Assembly: GCA_963644945.1 (NCBI GenBank)
Contig: CAVIQK010000008.1
Coordinates: 879-64,878 of the forward strand
Source of the DNA: a bacterium
GTDB lineage: Bacteria; Bacillota; Clostridia; Christensenellales; DTU072
Direction of reading: 5' to 3'
Length of the DNA stretch: 64,000 nt
Shown: in pieces, positions 30,306 through 40,825 of the stretch
How positions within the stretch are numbered: the first letter of the stretch is position 1
Layout: each line of letters begins with the position of its first letter
Made by a program: the position numbers and the translations under genes
The notes under the pieces: model-generated
Told to the model about the DNA's origin: nothing
The model's input: the letters and a program-made list of their open reading frames with translations, nothing else
The model's database searches: none

Positions 30306-31697
30306 ATGGCTACTCAATCTCTCGACCCTGACCCCGATAGTATCATTTTGTCAGCGGTTTTCATCTTTTTCCTAGTGTTGTTTTCGGGATTTTTCTCGGC
30401 AACCGAAACGGCGTTTACTTCGTTAAACAAAACCAAACTAAAACTCAAAGCACAAAGCGGTAGCAAGCCTGCACAAAACGCACTTGACCTTGCCGGCAAT
30501 TTTGACAGTCTGCTTTCTACGATTTTGGTAGGAAACAACATTGTCAATATCACAATGTCGGTGTTGTTCAACAATATTTTTGAACAAGTCATCTCAAATG
30601 CGGCGGTAAGCGGTATCGTGTCGGTAGCGGTTTCTACGGTTATTGTCCTTACCTTTGGCGAAATCACACCTAAAATGATAGCCAAAGAAAATTCCGAAAC
30701 GCTCGCTATGGTGTTCGGCTACCCGATAAAGGCAATAAAAATTATTCTCACCCCTATCACTATCATATTTGCCGGACTCAAATGGGTGCTTAGAAAAATC
30801 TTCAAACAGAAAAAAGAGGACGTTATCACCGAAGAAGAATTGCTTTCTATGGTCGACGAAGCGCAAGAAGGCGGATCGCTCGGTGAAGAAGAACGTGATC
30901 TTATTTCGGGTGCAATAGAATTTACCGATGCCGAAGTCGGTGACATCTTCGTGCCTCGTATCAACATAATTTCTATTCCTATCGACATGCCGATGGAAAA
31001 GATTAAGTCGATGTTTTTGGAATATAACTTCTCTCGTATGCCGGTATATAAAGGCACAATCGACGGAATTGTCGGTATGATTCACAACATTGACTTTTTC
31101 ACAGCGCTTGAAAAGGGCGAAAAAAGTATCAAAAATTATATCAACCCCGTTGCGATTGCGACCGAACACATGAAGATTTCTATTCTTCTCAAAAACATGC
31201 AACAGCAACACGTCCACATGGCAGTAGTCGTGGACGAATATGGCGGAACGCTCGGCATCGTCACACTCGAAGATATTTTGGAAGAACTTGTCGGCGAGAT
31301 TTGGGACGAACATGACGAAGTCGTCAACTACTTCAACAAATTGACCGACACGTCTTATATGGTAGATGCAAGAGTCGAACTTGACAAATTCTTTGAGTTC
31401 TTCGGCATTGACTCGTCCGAAACCGAAAAGTTTGACAGCCAAACCGTAAGCGGTTGGATCATGGAAAAGATCGGTGATATTCCCAAAAAGCAACAGACTT
31501 TTGATTTTGAGAATCTAACTATCACCGTAGAAAGACTGACGGCTCGTCGCATTGTGTCCGTAAAAGTCGTGGTCAACCCCATCGAACAAGAGGATGACGA
31601 CGAGGACAAACCTAAGAAACATAGGTGGTTCGGAAATACGGAAGAAAATGAGGAAGATAAAGGAAGCGAAACGGAGCAAACTTCTTCCGAAAACTAA
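30306..31697 (+). CDS. CNNM/CorC-family hemolysin-like protein (DUF21 TM domain + CBS pair + CorC_HlyC), acidic C-terminal tail
   Basis: AAGGAG SD before ATG 30306; the track GTG at 30276 has none. The N-terminal 4-TM DUF21 contains [16 protein letters not shown] starts the CBS pair. The C-terminal transporter-associated domain ends in an E/D-rich tail. Confidence 0.85.
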   Translation: MATQSLDPDPDSIILSAVFIFFLVLFSGFFSATETAFTSLNKTKLKLKAQSGSKPAQNALDLAGNFDSLLSTILVGNNIVNITMSVLFNNIFEQVISNAAVSGIVSVAVSTVIVLTFGEITPKMIAKENSETLAMVFGYPIKAIKIILTPITIIFAGLKWVLRKIFKQKKEDVITEEELLSMVDEAQEGGSLGEEERDLISGAIEFTDAEVGDIFVPRINIISIPIDMPMEKIKSMFLEYNFSRMPVYKGTIDGIVGMIHNIDFFTALEKGEKSIKNYINPVAIATEHMKISILLKNMQQQHVHMAVVVDEYGGTLGIVTLEDILEELVGEIWDEHDEVVNYFNKLTDTSYMVDARVELDKFFEFFGIDSSETEKFDSQTVSGWIMEKIGDIPKKQQTFDFENLTITVERLTARRIVSVKVVVNPIEQEDDDEDKPKKHRWFGNTEENEEDKGSETEQTSSEN

Positions 31698-31710
31698 CAA
31701 TCAAATCAAC

Positions 31711-31740
31711 AAAAAAGCCCGATATACGGGCTTTTTTATT
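31711..31740. terminator. bidirectional rho-independent terminator between convergent genes
   Basis: AAAAAAGCCCG-ATATA-CGGGCTTTTTT. Confidence 0.8.
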
Positions 31741-31750
31741 TTGGATAATT

Positions 31751-33640
31751 TTATTTTTCTGTGGGCTTTTTGGCTAGTTTATCATACTGCAAACGATACA
31801 ATTCGTAGTATCTGCCTTTCTTTTTAAGCAACTGATTGTGAGTGCCTTCTTCTACTATTTCGCCGTCGTGAATCAATATGATTTTGTCGGAGTGCTGAAT
31901 GGTAGAAAGTCTATGAGCGACAATAAGCATTGTCCCTCTTTTCATGAGTTTTTCAAGAGATTCTTGTATCAAAACTTCGGTTTCCGTATCGATATTGGCG
32001 GTCGCTTCGTCCAAAATCATAACTTCGGGGCGATGAATTACGGTGCGGGCAAAAGAGATGAGTTGGCGTTCTCCTGCCGAGAAGTTGTTGCCACGCTCTC
32101 TTACTTCTTCGTCTAGGCCTTTGTCGAGTTTGTTTATCAATTTGTCGGCATTGACATATTTGCACGCTTCCATTATTTCTTCGTCGGTGTAGTCGTCTCT
32201 TAGTACGATATTGCTCCTGATCGTACCCGAAAACAAAAAGACGTCTTGGAGCATTTGTCCGAAGTGCTTTCTTAGGGACGAAAGTTTGATTTTACGAACA
32301 TCTATGCCGTCAACCAAAATTTGACCTTTTTGGATGTCGTAATTGCGGGTAATAAGCGAAAGTATGGTAGATTTTCCCGATCCGGTTTGTCCTACGAACG
32401 CAACCGTTTCACCGGCGTTTACTTTGAAGGAAACGTCTTTTAGTACCCACTCGCCTTCTACATAGTAAAACCACACATTTTTGAATTCGATGTCGCCTTT
32501 TATTTCGTCAAGTTCGATGGCATCGTCTGCATCTAAAATCTCGGGTTGAACGTCATAGACGGAGAAGACTTTTTCTGCCGACGCAAATGCCGATTGCAAG
32601 AAATTGAATTGTTCGGCAAGCCATTGGACGGGACCGAAAAACTTTTCTATAAACATATAGAATGCGACGACTGTTCCGCCTGTAATCGCCGTTCCTAGTA
32701 CAGAGCCTCCGTCGATGTAGCCGGCGGTGCCTGCGAAGAATATACAAATTACCGTACAAATGTAGAGCATATACACCATAGGTCTATATACCGAAAAGAC
32801 AAAAATTCTATCTCTTCTTGCTTTGTATATTGCATTGTTCTTTTCGTCGAACTCTTGCATTTTACGTTGTTGACGATTGAAAATTTGTACGATTTTCATG
32901 CCAGACAAGTTTTCCGACAAGAATGTATTTAGGGCTGTGGTGCCGTTTTTTACCTTTCTATGCGCCATTCTTGCGAACTTTCTAAATACTAGCGTCATAA
33001 AGACGATGAACGGCATAAAGCATAGGACTATCAATGCCATAACATAATTGATGCAAAACATTGCAATGGTCACACCTATCATGATAAAACTGTTTTTGAG
33101 AAGATCGACTATGACGTTGGTGAACATTGTCGAGAGTGCATCGATATCGTTGGTCACTCTTGTGACAAGGGTGCCGTTGTGCAGTGTATTGATTTGGTTG
33201 TGAGAAAAACTTTCTATATGAAGAAACAACTCTTTTCTCATATCGGAAATTATTTTTTGTCCGGTTTTTTGTAAAACGATCGCCTCAAAATAGGATGCAA
33301 CCATCGACACGACCAAGACTGTCGCATAAATGCCGACTCTTATAAATAGGGACGACAATTGAAAATCTGTCTTGACAAGTTCTTCGACATCGGACACCAA
33401 AACGGGCGAGATTATGCTATAAACAACCGACAACGCCATCAAAACAAAAGCAAGTACAAAACTCTTCCAATAGGGTTTTGCGTATCCCAAAAGTCGCTTT
33501 ATGAGTACCGAATCTTTCATTTTTCGGTCATATTCGTTTTCGACGGTTTTGTCTTTGAACACTAGGAAAACGAAGAGCAGTACGCTTAGAGACACTCCGA
33601 CAATAGCGCCGATAATGATTATAGGTAGATACTTATTCAT
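31751..33640 (-). CDS. ABC exporter, fused permease/ATPase (type I exporter half-transporter)
   Basis: Six-TM domain followed by Walker A GQTGSGKST, signature FSAGERQLISFAR and Walker B MILDEATANID. Overlaps the upstream partner by 8 nt. Confidence 0.9.
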   Translation of the reverse strand: MNKYLPIIIIGAIVGVSLSVLLFVFLVFKDKTVENEYDRKMKDSVLIKRLLGYAKPYWKSFVLAFVLMALSVVYSIISPVLVSDVEELVKTDFQLSSLFIRVGIYATVLVVSMVASYFEAIVLQKTGQKIISDMRKELFLHIESFSHNQINTLHNGTLVTRVTNDIDALSTMFTNVIVDLLKNSFIMIGVTIAMFCINYVMALIVLCFMPFIVFMTLVFRKFARMAHRKVKNGTTALNTFLSENLSGMKIVQIFNRQQRKMQEFDEKNNAIYKARRDRIFVFSVYRPMVYMLYICTVICIFFAGTAGYIDGGSVLGTAITGGTVVAFYMFIEKFFGPVQWLAEQFNFLQSAFASAEKVFSVYDVQPEILDADDAIELDEIKGDIEFKNVWFYYVEGEWVLKDVSFKVNAGETVAFVGQTGSGKSTILSLITRNYDIQKGQILVDGIDVRKIKLSSLRKHFGQMLQDVFLFSGTIRSNIVLRDDYTDEEIMEACKYVNADKLINKLDKGLDEEVRERGNNFSAGERQLISFARTVIHRPEVMILDEATANIDTETEVLIQESLEKLMKRGTMLIVAHRLSTIQHSDKIILIHDGEIVEEGTHNQLLKKKGRYYELYRLQYDKLAKKPTEK

Positions 33641-35417
33641 GATTCTCGCCCTCCTTTTCGTCGTCGAGTTTTTGGAGTTCGACCATCAACTTATATTCGG
33701 GGACGTTGTCGTATAGCCATTGATGAGTGCCTACCCCCAAGACTTTGCCGTCGTCAAGAAGTATGATTTTGTCCATATCTTTGACCGTAAGGACTCTATG
33801 CGAAACAAGTATTGTCGTGCGACCGTCTCTTATCTTTTTGATGCTGTCTAAAATAATTCTTTCGGTCCTTGTATCGACGGCGGACACAGAGTCGTCTAAA
33901 ATCATTATAGGGGCTTCTTTCATGAAGGCTCGGGCTATCGATATACGTTGTTTTTGTCCACCTGAAACCGTCACGCCTCTTTCTCCTAGCATCGTTTCGT
34001 ATCCGTCGGTAAATTCGCAAATATCATCATCGACGTCGGACAGTTTTGCATATTTTTTGATTTTGTCCATATCTTTTTCGTCAACGGCAAAGGCTATGTT
34101 TTCGGCAATGGTGTCGCCAAACAAAAAGTTGTCTTGCGGAACGTAAGCAAAATTGTCTCTGAGGGACTTGATCGTAATATCGTTGACGTCTTTGTCGTCG
34201 ACAAAAATCGTGCCTCTAGGGACATTGTAGGTCCTGAGAAGTAGTTCCGAAATCGTAGATTTGCCCGATCCTGTTTTGCCTACTATGCCGACATTTTCGC
34301 CTGCTTCTATTGTAAAACTGACGTTTTTAAGGGCATCGTAAGTTGAGTCCGGATAGCGGAAAGTAAGGTCTTTAAATTGGATTTTGCCTTGTACGTTTTC
34401 GATATCTTTGGCACTTTCATCATCGACAACATCGGTTTTTTCTTCAAAAAATTTCGATACTCTTTTCAAGGATGCTTTGCCTCTCGATCTCATGCCGATG
34501 AGTTCGGAAATGGACAAAATCGGCCATATAATTGCATTGAAGTAGCCTAGGAACTCGATGAGTTGTCCTGCATTGAAAGTCTTTTCGTACACGAGATAAC
34601 CGCCGTAGCCCAAGACGATACAGACGACCGAATCGATGAAAAGCGATATCGATACATTGAGAAGTGTCGAAATTTTGGTGTATTGAACATTTATTTTTTC
34701 GTTTTCGACGTTGAGTTTTTTGAAGGCATTGAGTTCTTTGACTTCTTTTACGAAGGCTTTTATTACGGCAAATCCCGAAAAACTTTCCTGCGCAAAATCG
34801 GATATTCTGGAAAAAGCCTCTTGCCTTTCGTCCCATTTTTTGGATAAATACCAACCGACAATCGTGCTTGCAAGGAGCATGAAGACCATGGGAATTAGCG
34901 AAAGAAGGGTTAGTTTCCAGTCCATCACTGCCATTTTGTATATGGAAAGGCCGCCAAGGAATAAGGCATCCATAAACATCATTACGCCCCAACCGAAGCA
35001 GTCTTGCAAGGTTTCGAGATCGTTGGTAAAATAGGACATCATGTTGCCTACTTTGTTCCTTTGGTAGAAGTTGGCCGACAAATCTTTACATTTGTCAAAC
35101 ATTTCGTGTCTTATAGACTTTTCGACCTTTGCGGATGCACCTAGGAAACAAAGTCGCCACGTAAATCTTCCGGTTATCATTACGGCAACGACAACGAGAA
35201 GGGGAACGAAAACGTGTTTTAAGGCGATATCCCAATTGAAAACTTCGGCTACACCGTCTATTTCGACGAATCCGTAATTGAGGCCGTTGACGACAATGCG
35301 GTAAGCCTCGGGGACTTTCATCTGAAAATAATCTACGGCAACCAAAGCAATTGTCCCAAGAAACAATATCGGGAAAAATTTTAGATAATATTTGTTGATA
35401 TACTTTCCAAAAATCAT
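33633..35417 (-). CDS. ABC exporter, fused permease/ATPase (heterodimer partner)
   Basis: Walker A GKTGSGKST, signature VSGGQKQRISIAR, Walker B MILDDSVSAVD. The start is uncertain: ATG 35417 (chosen) or GTG 35438. Neither has a clear SD. Confidence 0.85.
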   Translation of the reverse strand: MIFGKYINKYYLKFFPILFLGTIALVAVDYFQMKVPEAYRIVVNGLNYGFVEIDGVAEVFNWDIALKHVFVPLLVVVAVMITGRFTWRLCFLGASAKVEKSIRHEMFDKCKDLSANFYQRNKVGNMMSYFTNDLETLQDCFGWGVMMFMDALFLGGLSIYKMAVMDWKLTLLSLIPMVFMLLASTIVGWYLSKKWDERQEAFSRISDFAQESFSGFAVIKAFVKEVKELNAFKKLNVENEKINVQYTKISTLLNVSISLFIDSVVCIVLGYGGYLVYEKTFNAGQLIEFLGYFNAIIWPILSISELIGMRSRGKASLKRVSKFFEEKTDVVDDESAKDIENVQGKIQFKDLTFRYPDSTYDALKNVSFTIEAGENVGIVGKTGSGKSTISELLLRTYNVPRGTIFVDDKDVNDITIKSLRDNFAYVPQDNFLFGDTIAENIAFAVDEKDMDKIKKYAKLSDVDDDICEFTDGYETMLGERGVTVSGGQKQRISIARAFMKEAPIMILDDSVSAVDTRTERIILDSIKKIRDGRTTILVSHRVLTVKDMDKIILLDDGKVLGVGTHQWLYDNVPEYKLMVELQKLDDEKEGENHE

Positions 35418-35466
35418 AATTTCACATATAAACGCCACTAGATTGTTCTAGAGGCGTTTTCCGTTT

Positions 35467-35868
35467 TTATTTTATTGATATATATACAATGTATAAGATT
35501 ACCGCAATGAGAATGAAGACAGATCCTACGATTACCAAGTGCCTTACGGAGATTTTCTTTGCGTGTTTTCTTTTTCTATAATCGTAGAAATTCTCTTTTT
35601 GCGGAGTGCTGTCCTTTTTTATGTTTCTAAAACCGAACAGTCCGTGTAATCCGTAAGTAAGTCCGTCAACGACTCCCTCGTTGTAAGAGACAATCAGTCC
35701 GCCGATGCCGGCAAAGACCACTCCTACTACGAAAAATCCGTCCATCAGTTTTGCGAGAATTCTCGTCGTCGATCCACCGTCAAAGAGTCCTGTAAATATC
35801 CAAATTAAAAAGCAACAGAGGACGGCAACAAGGATGGTTATCAAATATTTTAAGAGTTTATTTTTCAC
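35467..35868 (-). CDS. DUF3899-like small membrane protein
   Basis: 133 aa, 3-4 TM helices, LMDGFFVVGVVFAGIGGL...GLTYG pattern. The GTG start overlaps the oppF end by 11 nt. Confidence 0.45.
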   Translation of the reverse strand: MKNKLLKYLITILVAVLCCFLIWIFTGLFDGGSTTRILAKLMDGFFVVGVVFAGIGGLIVSYNEGVVDGLTYGLHGLFGFRNIKKDSTPQKENFYDYRKRKHAKKISVRHLVIVGSVFILIAVILYIVYISIK

Positions 35869-37117
35869 TATTCAAAATCTCTTGATATTTGGCAAATTCC
35901 GCATCGTTGCATTTTACGAAATGCCCTGGGGAAACCTCTCTAAAACTCGGTTTATCTACACTGTAATCGTGTTCTGCAAGAGGATTATAAGTGATTCTCT
36001 TACGGTTTTTCTCGTAAATCGGATCGGGCAAAGGTATTGCCGACAAAAGGGATCTTGTGTACGGGTGCAAAGGATTTTTGAACAACTCGTCACTCGATGC
36101 CATTTCGACCATGTTGCCGAAATACATTACGCCGATTCTGTCACTGAAATATTTAACTACCGACAAGTCGTGGGCAATAAACAAAATCGTGAGGCCTAAT
36201 TTGTCTCTCAAATCGTTGAGAAGGTTGATAACTTGGGCTTGAATCGAAACGTCAAGAGCAGAGACAGGTTCGTCGGCAATGATCAATTCGGGGTTCATGA
36301 CGACCGATCTGGCGACACCTATACGTTGTCTTTGTCCGCCTGAAAATTCATGGGGATATCTGCCGGCATGTTCTCTTACAAGACCTACCATTTCTAGCAC
36401 TTCATATACCTTTTCGTCGATATATTTTTTGTCTTTTATGCCTTTTATGATAAGACCTTCGGCTATTATGTCTCTTACCGTCATACGAGGATCAAGAGAT
36501 GCAATAGGATCTTGGAATATCATTTGCATTTGCGTGACGAATTTTTCTTTCGATGCAATTCTTACGGCATTTTTCTTTTCTTTTAGAAGTGCTGCCTTTT
36601 CTTCTTCGCTAGACGCATTGTTGATTTTTTCGGCATACTCGGCTTTGACTTCTTCGACTCTCACTTTTGCATGCTTTTTGTCGCAATGTTTGTGATCGTC
36701 TTTTGCAGAACGCATTGCCTTTCTTTGCTCGACAATGGCTTTTATTTTCTTCTCGGTTATGGCGAGAATTTTGGACTTCTTCTCTTCATCGCTTAGAGTT
36801 TCGTCCTCTTTGATGGCTTTTATTTCGGCTTTTGCCGTCAAACGCTCGTTTTTGATTGCGTCTTTATACCACTTGGAACCTGCGGCAATACGTTGACCTT
36901 TGAAATAGATTTCTCCGCCCGTAATGTCGTAAAGTTTGATAATGGAACGTCCTGTCGTGGTCTTTCCGCAACCGGACTCGCCGACCAAACCAAAGACTTC
37001 GCCCTTTTTTATGTCAAAACTTACGTCGTCAACGGCTTTCAAGACGCCGTTTCCCATTTTGAAATATTGGCAAAGGTGTTCTACTTTTAGTAAGACTTCA
37101 TTATTATTGTTGTCCAT
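35858..37117 (-). CDS. oppF: oligopeptide ABC transporter ATP-binding protein with ~110-aa Lys/Glu-rich insertion
   Basis: Walker A GESGCGKTT, Q-loop MIFQDPIASLDP, signature FSGGQRQRIGVAR, Walker B IIADEPVSALD, C-terminal oligopeptide-type extension. The insertion lies between Walker A and the Q-loop. Confidence 0.85.
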   Translation of the reverse strand: MDNNNNEVLLKVEHLCQYFKMGNGVLKAVDDVSFDIKKGEVFGLVGESGCGKTTTGRSIIKLYDITGGEIYFKGQRIAAGSKWYKDAIKNERLTAKAEIKAIKEDETLSDEEKKSKILAITEKKIKAIVEQRKAMRSAKDDHKHCDKKHAKVRVEEVKAEYAEKINNASSEEEKAALLKEKKNAVRIASKEKFVTQMQMIFQDPIASLDPRMTVRDIIAEGLIIKGIKDKKYIDEKVYEVLEMVGLVREHAGRYPHEFSGGQRQRIGVARSVVMNPELIIADEPVSALDVSIQAQVINLLNDLRDKLGLTILFIAHDLSVVKYFSDRIGVMYFGNMVEMASSDELFKNPLHPYTRSLLSAIPLPDPIYEKNRKRITYNPLAEHDYSVDKPSFREVSPGHFVKCNDAEFAKYQEILNSEK

Positions 37118-39254
37118 TTCCTACACCTCCGTTGTTTCTCATTCTTTCGATTCTGTCGGTGACGATTTTCGGCGGATCCACTTTGGGCGCATTGGGGTGC
37201 AATAGCCATGTTGCCGCACTATGGGTTTCGGATATTTTGAACATAGGCGGTTCTTCCTCAAAGTCGATTTTCAAAGCATACTTGTTTCTTGCCGCAAACG
37301 CATCGCCTTTCGGGGGATAAATCATATTGGGAGGAGTCCCCGGAATGGCTTCCAACTTCTCGTTGGTGTCAAGGTCCGGCATACTGGACAAAAGCGCCCA
37401 TGTATAGGGGTGTGCGGGCGAATAGAATATGTCTTCGGCAGTACCCGTTTCGACGATTTTTCCTGCATACATAACGGCAATTTTGTCTGCCATGTTGGCA
37501 ACGACACCGAGGTCGTGCGTGATGAATATAATCGACAGATTTCTTTCCTTTTTCAATCTGTTGATAAGTTCGAGAATTTGTGCCTGAATTGTGACGTCGA
37601 GAGCGGTTGTAGGCTCGTCGCAAATCAAAATATCGGGGTTGGCTGCAAGGGCTATTGCGATAACTATACGTTGGCGCATACCGCCGGAAAACTCGAACGG
37701 ATATTGTTTATAACGCTTTTGCGGTTCGGGGATACCGACTTCTTCCATAAGTTTTATGGCTTTGGCTTTTGCCATTTGCGGGGTAACCCTATACACGACT
37801 TCGGAAGCCTTTTCTTTGAGGAAATCGACAATTTCCAAAGTTCTTGCTCTGTGATCCAAATCGGTGATCTTTATCGCCTCTTGGTAGTGGTCGATGAGAT
37901 CTATGATGATTTTGGCGACTTGCTCTCTTGCAAATTCGGGATCAACTACGTCCGCAGGTACGATTTTCCAGTCGGGAGTTTTGCCTTTTGCAGCAAGTTT
38001 TTCGACCTTTCTTGACTGTTTTGCGAATCTCTTGGTTTCTTTTTCGTTCTTTTTAAGACGTTCAAAATAGCCGTTGATCGCACTCTTCATGCTAGATGCG
38101 AACACGTAGGCTTGACTGTCTTTTATGAGTGTCAAACGGTCTATTGAGTTTTCTACGGCATCGATCATAACTTTTGCCGACTTGACTGCTTCTTGTTTGG
38201 TGAATTCCTTTTGGAAAATCGGCAAATTCTCTTGCAAAACGGTTATTGCAGTTTCTTTGTTTTTGAGTGATTCGTTGTAGGAGTATTCTACACCTTTTGC
38301 GGCACGATCGATGAACGGCTCCATGAACTCGTTGGCGAGTTTTTCGTGAGTCATCTCGTTGAGTTCCGCAACACTCATTTCGGGGATATTGGGATCAACA
38401 TAGGTGAGATAGTAGCCTAGACCGAAGAAGTTGGGTTCTTCTAGTGCTACCGCCTCTTGTAAAAACGATTGTAGTGCGGTAAGAGGCTCGACTAGTGCGG
38501 TAAAACTCTTTTCCGCTTTTACCTTCTTTTGAGCATTGACAACGCCCGCTATTAGGCTAGAAAGTGTTGCTGAATCTCTTACTACGAATCTGTCAACGGT
38601 GCCTTTTGCATCTGCCAAAATTTTGGCAACTTGTTGTGTCCCGTTGGTAACACCGTTCTTTTCGATCTCGAAAAGCAACTCTTTGATGCCGTCAAGGGCG
38701 CCGTTGGCTGCTGCAAAAGCCTTGTTGTACTTGGCTTCGAGTTCGATATGTTTGTACTCGAATTTGTCGAATTTTTCGACAAGTTCTTTGTTGTGTGCTT
38801 TGGTTTCTTCACCGTAGGCTAGGTCCATACCTCTGCATAAAAGCGCCATTGTCGTGTTGAATATGTTGCGGCTGCTCTTTCTTTTTGCCTTGTTTTTGAG
38901 AAGCATGGCTTCGGTAAGTTGCTTGCCTATACGCATGATAGGGTTGAGGCTCGACATAGGATCTTGGAAGATCATGGCTATTTTGTCGCCTCTGATTTGG
39001 TGGAATTGCTCCTCGTCGATTTTGAGGAGGTCCATGCCGTCATAGATAATTTTTCCGCTTTCGATTATTGCGTTGTTGGCAGAAATACCGATAATTGCTT
39101 TGTTGGTGACCGATTTTCCGCTACCCGATTCGCCGACGATGGCGAGGGTTTCGCCCTTGTATAGGTCAAAACTTATGTTCCTGACCGCTTGAACTTTACC
39201 CGCATCGGTACGGAAGGATATCCTTAGGTCTTTTACTTCTAACTTCTTTTCCAT
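37104..39254 (-). CDS. oppD: oligopeptide ABC transporter ATP-binding protein with ~365-aa insertion
   Basis: ATG 39254 with a GGAGGA SD. Walker [11 protein letters not shown]-loop [14 protein letters not shown], then about 365 aa of non-ABC sequence, then [33 protein letters not shown] and Walker [12 protein letters not shown]. Confidence 0.85.
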   Translation of the reverse strand: MEKKLEVKDLRISFRTDAGKVQAVRNISFDLYKGETLAIVGESGSGKSVTNKAIIGISANNAIIESGKIIYDGMDLLKIDEEQFHQIRGDKIAMIFQDPMSSLNPIMRIGKQLTEAMLLKNKAKRKSSRNIFNTTMALLCRGMDLAYGEETKAHNKELVEKFDKFEYKHIELEAKYNKAFAAANGALDGIKELLFEIEKNGVTNGTQQVAKILADAKGTVDRFVVRDSATLSSLIAGVVNAQKKVKAEKSFTALVEPLTALQSFLQEAVALEEPNFFGLGYYLTYVDPNIPEMSVAELNEMTHEKLANEFMEPFIDRAAKGVEYSYNESLKNKETAITVLQENLPIFQKEFTKQEAVKSAKVMIDAVENSIDRLTLIKDSQAYVFASSMKSAINGYFERLKKNEKETKRFAKQSRKVEKLAAKGKTPDWKIVPADVVDPEFAREQVAKIIIDLIDHYQEAIKITDLDHRARTLEIVDFLKEKASEVVYRVTPQMAKAKAIKLMEEVGIPEPQKRYKQYPFEFSGGMRQRIVIAIALAANPDILICDEPTTALDVTIQAQILELINRLKKERNLSIIFITHDLGVVANMADKIAVMYAGKIVETGTAEDIFYSPAHPYTWALLSSMPDLDTNEKLEAIPGTPPNMIYPPKGDAFAARNKYALKIDFEEEPPMFKISETHSAATWLLHPNAPKVDPPKIVTDRIERMRNNGGVGNGQQ

Positions 39255-39258
39255 AATA

Positions 39259-40824
39259 CTAATCCTCCGAGCCTCTGAGTGACGGGTTGAACGCATCTCT
39301 TAGACCGTTGCCGAACAAGTTGAAACTGAGCATCATAAGTGCAAGGAACAGCGACGGGAAGATTGCAACGAACGGTGCAAGTACCATATCTCTTTGTCCT
39401 GCGGCGATCATTGTACCGACACTGGTAATATTACCCGATTCCAAATTGATAATGCCTAAGTATGAAAGGTTGGTTTCGGAATAAATCATCGACGGTATAA
39501 CTAGTGCACAACTTGTGACAAGCGTACCTATTGCGTTGGGGAATATGTGCTTGAACATAATTCTCTTGTCGGATGCGCCGAGCGTTCGGGCAACAAGGAC
39601 ATATTCTTGATTTTTGAACCTATAAAACTGCATTCTCGTGGTAGATGCCATACCTATCCACCCCGTCATAAAGAAGGAGATAAACAGTACCACCATTTGG
39701 CTTGACGTCCCCATGTGCAGTTTTAGGAGCGTAATTACAATTACCGTCGGGACTGATCCCAAAATATCGGTAAATCTTTCCATAAATAAGTCTATTCTTC
39801 CGCCAAAATATCCGGCAATAGATCCCCAAATAGCACCTATTACCAAGTTGACGGTTGCAACGGCTATAGCAAACAAGAAGGAAAATCTTGCACCGGACGA
39901 AAGACATGTGAAGATGTCTTTTCCAAAAGAGGTTGTGCCGAACAAGAAATAAGGCTCGGTGATGCCGTCTTTTAAGACTTGAGTGTGGTAATAACAATAA
40001 TATTCGTAATATTCTGCTCTTACTTCGACACCGCCAGATACGATTCTTCCATATACATAGTAAGAACGAACACCGTTGACAAGTGTGCCGTTTTCTCCTT
40101 CGATTCTCAAAGAGTTGTATTCGGCAGCGGTTGCAGATTTTTTCGAATTGACGGAATATGACCAATAACAAGGTACAATCTTACCGTTGACGAGGTCGGC
40201 TCTTGTTTTGCCTTTGACTCTCTTTGTCTTGTAATAAATGTTGGCATTTTCTCTATCGGGAGATTGCTCCGGTCTATTAGAGAGACGGACTACCGGATAG
40301 AGAACTTGTCTTCCGGTTTCGTTTTGGTATCTTTGGATATCGTTGAACTCTTCGGTTGTGATAATCTTATAGTTGCCAAAACCTACTCCGGTATAAGTAT
40401 TATATTCGTAAGTATAAATTCCGTCTTCATCTATGGTAGGCTCGCCTTTGATAACATTTTTGCCCGTTTCTTCTTGGATGGCGAGATCTTCTAGGTATCC
40501 GGCAACACCGGTTTCTTTGGTCTTGTATCCGTCCCATCCTAAAAACGAGAACAATTTGCTCTTAGGCTCTATTGCAGAGTATGTCGAATCGTAATACGAA
40601 ACGCTATATTGAGTACAAAACGGTCCTATAATTGCGAACAAAAGAAGTATCAAAATTACGATACCGCCGACAACCGCACCTTTGTTTTTACAAAATCTAC
40701 GAAATGCACCTTGGAAATAACTTTCGGGCTTTGTGTCGAATTTAGTATCATGCGATAGATCGGTTCTTTGGGCGAATTCGAATTTTTCTGCCGGTATATC
40801 GGCAATATTCTTAATATTTTCCAT
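39259..40824 (-). CDS. oppC: oligopeptide ABC transporter permease with enlarged extracytoplasmic loop
   Basis: 521 aa. N-terminal TM, a loop of about 230 aa, then the BPD-type permease core (...LVARTLGASDKRIMFKHIFPN...). Confidence 0.85.
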   Translation of the reverse strand: MENIKNIADIPAEKFEFAQRTDLSHDTKFDTKPESYFQGAFRRFCKNKGAVVGGIVILILLLFAIIGPFCTQYSVSYYDSTYSAIEPKSKLFSFLGWDGYKTKETGVAGYLEDLAIQEETGKNVIKGEPTIDEDGIYTYEYNTYTGVGFGNYKIITTEEFNDIQRYQNETGRQVLYPVVRLSNRPEQSPDRENANIYYKTKRVKGKTRADLVNGKIVPCYWSYSVNSKKSATAAEYNSLRIEGENGTLVNGVRSYYVYGRIVSGGVEVRAEYYEYYCYYHTQVLKDGITEPYFLFGTTSFGKDIFTCLSSGARFSFLFAIAVATVNLVIGAIWGSIAGYFGGRIDLFMERFTDILGSVPTVIVITLLKLHMGTSSQMVVLFISFFMTGWIGMASTTRMQFYRFKNQEYVLVARTLGASDKRIMFKHIFPNAIGTLVTSCALVIPSMIYSETNLSYLGIINLESGNITSVGTMIAAGQRDMVLAPFVAIFPSLFLALMMLSFNLFGNGLRDAFNPSLRGSED

Positions 40825-40825
40825 A

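Noticed and set aside
30594-31493. 299-aa minus-strand ORF
   Set aside because: Antisense to the CNNM/CorC gene, which has clear DUF21/CBS/CorC motifs. His/Phe/Arg-rich shadow frame.
34444-34992. 182-aa same-strand, out-of-frame ORF inside the ABC exporter
   Set aside because: Arg-rich alternative frame of a gene whose main frame shows TM helices and ABC motifs.
37221-38015. 264-aa plus-strand ORF
   Set aside because: Antisense within oppD. No independent motif, and the oppD frame carries the ABC signature and Walker B here.
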